The notes beneath the pieces were generated by a model. That model had not been told where the DNA came from and made no database searches. It saw nothing but the letters and a program-made list of their open reading frames with translations. Below, piece after piece: positions 26,265 to 31,225 of a DNA stretch of 31,225 bases. The DNA is from Candidatus Acetothermia bacterium. Lineage in GTDB: Bacteria > Bipolaricaulota > Bipolaricaulia > M55B111. The position numbers were made by a program, and so were the translations under genes. Location: assembly GCA_046543235.1 (NCBI GenBank), contig JBKGZT010000009.1, positions 1-31,225 of the forward strand, given 5' to 3'. The stretch's first letter is position 1; the number at the start of each line of letters is the position of its first letter.

Positions 26265-27755
26265 ATGAACCAATTCGTCGGCGCAATCGACCAGGGTACG
26301 ACCGGAACGAGGTTTATAGTATTCGACCACGAGGGCAATCAGATTAGCTCCGCTTACCGCGAGCACGAGCAAATTTACCCCAAGCCGGGCTGGATCGAAC
26401 ACGACCCGGATGAGATTTGGGAAAAGTTGCGGGTAGTGGCCGAGGAAGCTCTCGAAGATGCTGGTTTGAAGGCCGAGGATCTGGTTAGTATAGGTATTAC
26501 GAATCAGCGAGAGACGGTCTTCACCTGGAACCAGAAGGGAGAACCGCTGCACAACGGGATCGTCTGGCAGGACCGCCGGACTTCCGATAGATGCGAGGAA
26601 CTCGAGGGAACCCAGGTTGGAGAAGTGGTAAGGGCGAAGACGGGCCTCCGTCTGGATCCATATTTTTCCGCCACGAAAATCGAGTGGCTGCTGGAAAACG
26701 TTGATGGTTTAAGGAAGATGGCGGAAAGCGGGGAAGCCATGTTCGGGACGATCGAGAGCTGGCTAATCTGGAAGTTGACCGGCGGGGAAGTCTACGTTAC
26801 CGACCACACGAACGCGTCCAGGACGATGCTTTTCGACATCGAAGAAAAGGACTGGGACGGGGAGCTGATGGATTTCTTCGGCGTTCCTAGGGAGAGCCTA
26901 CCGGAGCCGGTGGAAAACGTAAAAAGGTACGGAGAAGTCAGCAACCTGGAGACTTTGAATGGGGTACCTATTGGCGCCGCCCTGGGGGATCAGCAGGCCG
27001 CAATGTTTGGTCAGGGATGTTATGATCCGGGAGAAGGCAAAAACACCTACGGTACCGGTTCGTTCCTGCTCGTCAACGTCGGGGATCGGCCCTGTTTTAG
27101 CGAGAAACTGCTTACCACGATTGGGTTTTCCGTCGACGGAGAAACCAACTACGCCCTGGAGGGTTCAATTTACTCGACCGGCGCTACTATACAGTGGCTC
27201 CGGGATGGTCTGGATATCATTGAGGAAGCGGCCGAAAGCGAGGATCTTGCTAGAAGCCTTGACGGTAATGATGGAGTATACCTGGTGCCCGCGTTCGCCG
27301 GTCTGGGTGCCCCGCACTGGGATTCCAACGCAAGGGGGACGATAGTTGGTTTGACCCGTGGCAGTGACGAAAGGCATCTAGCCCGTGCCGGACTGGAATC
27401 CATCGCCTACCAGGTGGAAGACGTACTGAGAGCCATGAGAGAAGAAGCCGATAGGGAGCTCGAGGAACTCAGGGTCGATGGAGGAGCGGCCGAAAACGAC
27501 TTCCTTTGCCAGTTCCAGAGCGATATTTCGTCCCTTCCGGTGGTAAGAACCGGCGTTTTCGAATCCTCCGCACTTGGGGCGGCTTACGCTGCGGGTTTGG
27601 CATTGGATTTCTGGGAGGACCTGGACGAGCTGAAGGAATTGATAAAGAAACACGGGACTCAGAGGTTTGACTCCGACATGGCTCCTGGTAAAAGAGAGAA
27701 ACTTTACGATCGCTGGAAGGAGGCCGTCAGGAGGGCGAAGAATTGGGATCGATAA
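26265..27755 (+). CDS. glpK: Glycerol kinase
   Basis: Motifs AIDQGTTGTR, GITNQRET, IVWQDRRT, DPYFSATK, TDHTNASRT, GDQQAA, KNTYGTGSF, YALEGS and RVDGGA. ATG at 26265. Confidence 0.97.
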   Translation: MNQFVGAIDQGTTGTRFIVFDHEGNQISSAYREHEQIYPKPGWIEHDPDEIWEKLRVVAEEALEDAGLKAEDLVSIGITNQRETVFTWNQKGEPLHNGIVWQDRRTSDRCEELEGTQVGEVVRAKTGLRLDPYFSATKIEWLLENVDGLRKMAESGEAMFGTIESWLIWKLTGGEVYVTDHTNASRTMLFDIEEKDWDGELMDFFGVPRESLPEPVENVKRYGEVSNLETLNGVPIGAALGDQQAAMFGQGCYDPGEGKNTYGTGSFLLVNVGDRPCFSEKLLTTIGFSVDGETNYALEGSIYSTGATIQWLRDGLDIIEEAAESEDLARSLDGNDGVYLVPAFAGLGAPHWDSNARGTIVGLTRGSDERHLARAGLESIAYQVEDVLRAMREEADRELEELRVDGGAAENDFLCQFQSDISSLPVVRTGVFESSALGAAYAAGLALDFWEDLDELKELIKKHGTQRFDSDMAPGKREKLYDRWKEAVRRAKNWDR

Positions 27756-27793
27756 AACCTTCAAATAATTTTTTGTGGTTTGTTTCGTTTTTC

Positions 27794-27822
27794 TTGAAAT
27801 AGAGTTTGATTTATGTTATTTT
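27794..27822 (+). promoter_or_regulatory. Possible promoter of the ugp-like operon
   Basis: TTGAAA-17 bp-TATTTT with an extended TG. Confidence 0.45.
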
Positions 27823-27999
27823 GATTTTGTCAGTGATCGTTTTTATGTGTCCAGAACTACATATTATCCACCTTTTTCTTGTAGGAGGTGGTAATTAAGG
27901 CAGGTACGAAGTTTTTATGAGAAGAAGGAATAACAAACCCGCAAATTTGGTCATTAAAAAAGAGCGCATTGATTTTATCTACCTAAAGGGGTGGTCAGT

Positions 28000-29328
28000 T
28001 TGAAAAGTAAACTACTCGTTACGTTACTTGTTTTTGCCTTGGTATTTTCTAGTGTTGCTGTAGTAGCATCGGAGAATCTTGAACGTTATAAGGATGTGGA
28101 TGGCACCGTCACTCTTGACTTTTATTTTCCCGTAGGGGTGGCTGGTCCTTTAGCGGAAGTAATTGATGAGATGACGGAAGAGTTCAACGAGGAGCAGCCG
28201 AAAATTGAAGTAGAACCTACTTACGCAGGTAATTATAACGACACAATGGCGAAGGTTCAGTCTGCAGTTCAAAGCGGTAATCCCCCGGATCTTTTTGTTG
28301 TAGAGATATCGGAACTCTTCACTTTACTAGGAATCGATGGAATAATTCCACTTGATAAATATATTGAAAAAGAAGGAGGAGAAGAGTTTACTGATCAGTA
28401 CTTTTCAGCGTTATACGGTAATGCCCGCGCTGACGGTAAAATATGGGGCCAGCCTTTCCAGAGAAGCACACCAATTTTGTACTGGAATAAAGACCTGTTC
28501 CAAGAAAGTTCTGAGGAGCTAAAGGAAAGAGGTTTAGATCCGAATAGGGCTCCGCGCACCTGGTTCGAATTAGAACAGTATGCGGAAGTGCTTACTGAAA
28601 GAGAGGATGGAGAAACCGAAACCTGGGGAACAATTATACCTGGTGGCTGGAACGACTGGATTTTTGAATCTTTCGTTCATCAGAATAATGGCCCCAGACT
28701 TATTGGGTCAGAAGGGGAAACTTCGAATTTTGACTCTTTAGAAGTTCTTCAGGCTTTAACATTCTGGTACCGTCTAACCAATGAATTGGAAGTTAGTCCT
28801 CCGTTAAGACCGTGGAACCAGACCCCTACGGACTTTACTGCTGGTGAAGCCGCAATGATGTACTACTCCACTGGTGGTTTGCCGTTAGTTAGAGATCAGT
28901 CAGATTTTGATTTTGGTGTAGCGTTTCAACCTATGCATGTCCAGTATGGAGTGCCAGTAGGAGGTGGAGATTTCCATATATCTAGCAATATTCCACCAGA
29001 AAATCAAGACGCAGCTTGGGAGTTCATCAAATTCATGACTAATCCGGAGAATGCTGCGTTTTGGAGTAGGGAGTCTGGATACATTTGTATAAATAAAGAT
29101 GGATTAGAGTTGCCCGAAATGCAAGAATATCTAGAGGAATACCCTGCTGCTCAGGTTGCTGCTGACCAACTCGAATATGCCCATCCAAAAATCATGGCAC
29201 CGGGATTTCAGGAAATCAGGAAACAGTTTACTTCTCATCTAGATAGCATGATGGAGGGTCAAACGACACCTCAAGAAACCCAAGAAAGTCTTCACGAAGC
29301 AGTTCAGGAAATTTTAGAGAAATATTAA
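28000..29328 (+). CDS. ABC substrate-binding protein, UgpB (glycerol-3-phosphate)-like
   Basis: Signal peptide. Motifs FYFPVGVAGPL, YAGNYNDTM, PFQRSTPILYWNKDLF and VPVGGGDF. The likely start is TTG at 28000 after an AGGGGTG SD; the ORF track gives 27991. Confidence 0.88.
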   Translation: MKSKLLVTLLVFALVFSSVAVVASENLERYKDVDGTVTLDFYFPVGVAGPLAEVIDEMTEEFNEEQPKIEVEPTYAGNYNDTMAKVQSAVQSGNPPDLFVVEISELFTLLGIDGIIPLDKYIEKEGGEEFTDQYFSALYGNARADGKIWGQPFQRSTPILYWNKDLFQESSEELKERGLDPNRAPRTWFELEQYAEVLTEREDGETETWGTIIPGGWNDWIFESFVHQNNGPRLIGSEGETSNFDSLEVLQALTFWYRLTNELEVSPPLRPWNQTPTDFTAGEAAMMYYSTGGLPLVRDQSDFDFGVAFQPMHVQYGVPVGGGDFHISSNIPPENQDAAWEFIKFMTNPENAAFWSRESGYICINKDGLELPEMQEYLEEYPAAQVAADQLEYAHPKIMAPGFQEIRKQFTSHLDSMMEGQTTPQETQESLHEAVQEILEKY

Positions 29329-29349
29329 TAAGATTCTGCTAGATTGGGT

Positions 29350-29389
29350 AGGGGTGGTTCGGATGCTCCGAATCACCCCTTAATTTTTT
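29350..29389 (+). terminator. Stem-loop after the UgpB-like gene
   Basis: AGGGGTGGTTCGGA-TGC-TCCGAATCACCCCT followed by a T-rich tail. Confidence 0.75.
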
Positions 29390-29405
29390 CTGTGAGGAGT
29401 GAAGA

Positions 29406-30287
29406 GTGAAAATAGGAAAACACAAATATTTAACGGCTTTTTTGTTTCTATTACCCTCTTTAACATTCTTAGGAATATTCACTTATTATCCGATAATTGA
29501 TTCTTTTAGACTTAGTTTCTTTCGTTCGAATCCCTTCACCCCCAACCCTGAATTTATAGGTTTACAGAACTACATAGAGTTTTTTCATAATCCCACATTT
29601 TGGCGCGTGGTACTAAATAACGTCATTTTCACCGTAGCGACTATTATTCCAACTATTTTTCTTGCCCTTTTACTCGCGATTCTCATTAATGAAGTGGTAT
29701 TAAAAGGCCCTTTCAGGATGGCCATCTTTCTGCCGAAAGTTATACCTTACGCCGCTGCAGCCATGATTTGGGTTTTTCTTTATGATCCTAGTCTTGGTCC
29801 TATAAACCGTGTACTGCAGGCAGTAGGTATACCCTCTATAGGTTGGCTTGGGGATCGACGTTATTCACTACTTGCGATCATCATAACTATGATTTGGAGG
29901 AACGTAGGGTATTACATGTTAATTTATCTTGCGGGTCTTCAATCAATCCCGAAGGACCTCTACGATGCTGCTCGAACGGATGGAGCGTCTTGGTTATCCC
30001 GTCACTTGCACGTCACAATTCCTTTAATGGGACCTTCTACGCTTTTTGTCTTTGTGGTCTCAATAATCCAATCCTTCAAAGCTTTTACCCAAATTCAGCT
30101 TATGACAAGGGGAGGTCCAGGTTACAGTTCGAGTATACTAATATACTATACCTATGAATTTGCTTTTAAATTCTGGGAATTAGGCAAAGCTTCTACTCTA
30201 ACTTCGATTATGATATTGTCTTTGCTGTTTCTTGTTTTAATCGTTTTCGGATATTATGGTCGCCGAGTAACTTATCAGGCGAGATGA
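29406..30287 (+). CDS. ABC permease (UgpA-like)
   Basis: Motifs WRNVGYYMLIYLAGLQSIPKDLYDAARTDGAS and MTRGGP. Confidence 0.93.
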   Translation: MKIGKHKYLTAFLFLLPSLTFLGIFTYYPIIDSFRLSFFRSNPFTPNPEFIGLQNYIEFFHNPTFWRVVLNNVIFTVATIIPTIFLALLLAILINEVVLKGPFRMAIFLPKVIPYAAAAMIWVFLYDPSLGPINRVLQAVGIPSIGWLGDRRYSLLAIIITMIWRNVGYYMLIYLAGLQSIPKDLYDAARTDGASWLSRHLHVTIPLMGPSTLFVFVVSIIQSFKAFTQIQLMTRGGPGYSSSILIYYTYEFAFKFWELGKASTLTSIMILSLLFLVLIVFGYYGRRVTYQAR

Positions 30288-30300
30288 AGAGGTGGTGTAA

Positions 30301-31125
30301 ATGAAATCCCGTACAGGTAAGTGGTTTAGGTATTTGTTCTTAACGATAGCGTCACTTGCAGTGCTTTTCCCCTTCTATTTGATGACTATTATGGCTTTTA
30401 AGGCATCCGATGAAATACTTGCTGGTAATTATCTCCTTCCGACTTTACAGCCTTCCTTCAATAATTTTATGAGAGTTTTTGCTGCTGCTGATTTTTTCAC
30501 TTATTTGATAAATACAGTCCTGGTGGTAACGGGCATTTTGGCCTTGCAATTGCTTCTAATTATCCCAGCCGCATATGTATTTGCACGAATTGACTTTCCC
30601 GGTTCGGGTTTCGTATTTATTCTATACGTAATTCAAATCATGCTTCCCCTGCAGGCGTTAATTGTGCCAAATTATCGTATAATGAACACTTTTGGGCTAG
30701 TTGACACTAGGCTAGCACTGATTTTACCTTTCGTAGGGAGTGGATATTGTGCTTTCCTGTTAAGGCAGTCATTTAAGCAGGTCCCACAATCTTTAATAGA
30801 TTCTGCTATAATAGATGGATGTGGCCATTTTAATTTAATTCGTAAAGTTTTCTTACCATTATCCAAACCCACAATCGCTGTATTTTCTCTCATCAGTATT
30901 GCTACTCACTGGAATGATTACTTATGGCCATTGATTATTACCGATAGTTCTAAAGTGAGAACTCTGACCATTGGGTTAGGAATGTTTGTCCAACATGAGT
31001 CGGGTGCCGACTGGGGTATGTTGATGGCCGCTACTTTATTCATAACATTACCACTCATTATATTCTTCTTGGTCATCCAACGATCATTTATTGAAAACTT
31101 TATGACCTCCGGTTTGAAGGGGTGA
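30301..31125 (+). CDS. ABC permease (UgpE-like)
   Basis: Motifs FLLRQSFKQVPQSLIDSAIIDG, HWNDYLWPLI and FMTSGLKG. Confidence 0.93.
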   Translation: MKSRTGKWFRYLFLTIASLAVLFPFYLMTIMAFKASDEILAGNYLLPTLQPSFNNFMRVFAAADFFTYLINTVLVVTGILALQLLLIIPAAYVFARIDFPGSGFVFILYVIQIMLPLQALIVPNYRIMNTFGLVDTRLALILPFVGSGYCAFLLRQSFKQVPQSLIDSAIIDGCGHFNLIRKVFLPLSKPTIAVFSLISIATHWNDYLWPLIITDSSKVRTLTIGLGMFVQHESGADWGMLMAATLFITLPLIIFFLVIQRSFIENFMTSGLKG

Positions 31126-31164
31126 GGAGTTCGTGTTATACGTAGTTGAGGGATTTGGTGGAAG

Positions 31165-31225
31165 ATGATCGAGGGATTAATACTTGATCTGGATGGAACC
31201 GTTTACCTTAGCGACGAACTGATTC
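31165..31225 (+). CDS. HAD-IIA (NagD-like) phosphatase, 5' part only
   Basis: MIEGLILDLDGTVYLSDELI contains HAD motif I DxDGT. The gene runs off the window. Confidence 0.75.
   Translation, partial: MIEGLILDLDGTVYLSDELI

Noticed and set aside
27864-27872. Single DnaA-box-like TTATCCACC
   Set aside because: It is isolated, has one mismatch and forms part of a hairpin arm.
27917-28003. 28-codon uORF whose TGA overlaps the TTG start of the UgpB-like gene
   Set aside because: No properly spaced SD, and plausible by chance in an AT-rich leader.

Overview
Core-chromosome window from a probably halophilic, anaerobic bacterium. The soluble and exported proteins are D/E-rich; a Bipolaricaulota/Thermotogota/Halanaerobiales-like origin is inference only. 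From left to right it holds: a DUF599 membrane protein; a minus-strand 7-gene Mrp/Mnh-type Na+/H+ antiporter operon; a LacI regulator, a sugar ABC importer and a Halothermothrix-type sucrose-phosphate synthase; a P-loop kinase; an orphan anaerobic sulfatase maturase; a PhnDCEE transporter; a DAK2-DegV fusion and DUF1295; a DnaA-box array with DnaA-trios; a CIRCE-preceded Hsp20; a glycerol-utilisation cluster; and a lower-GC Ugp-like ABC transporter followed by a truncated HAD-IIA gene. Two things stand out. First, the Mrp operon has no full MrpA, and its DUF4040/MbhD subunit is fused to a family-3 solute-binding domain, which suggests a ligand-regulated antiporter. Second, the DnaA-box array looks like oriC although dnaA and dnaN are not nearby. 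Several intergenic long inverted repeats, a LacI-type operator shared by two loci and start-less Shine-Dalgarno motifs are also reported. No CRISPR array, tRNA, rRNA or transposase was seen.
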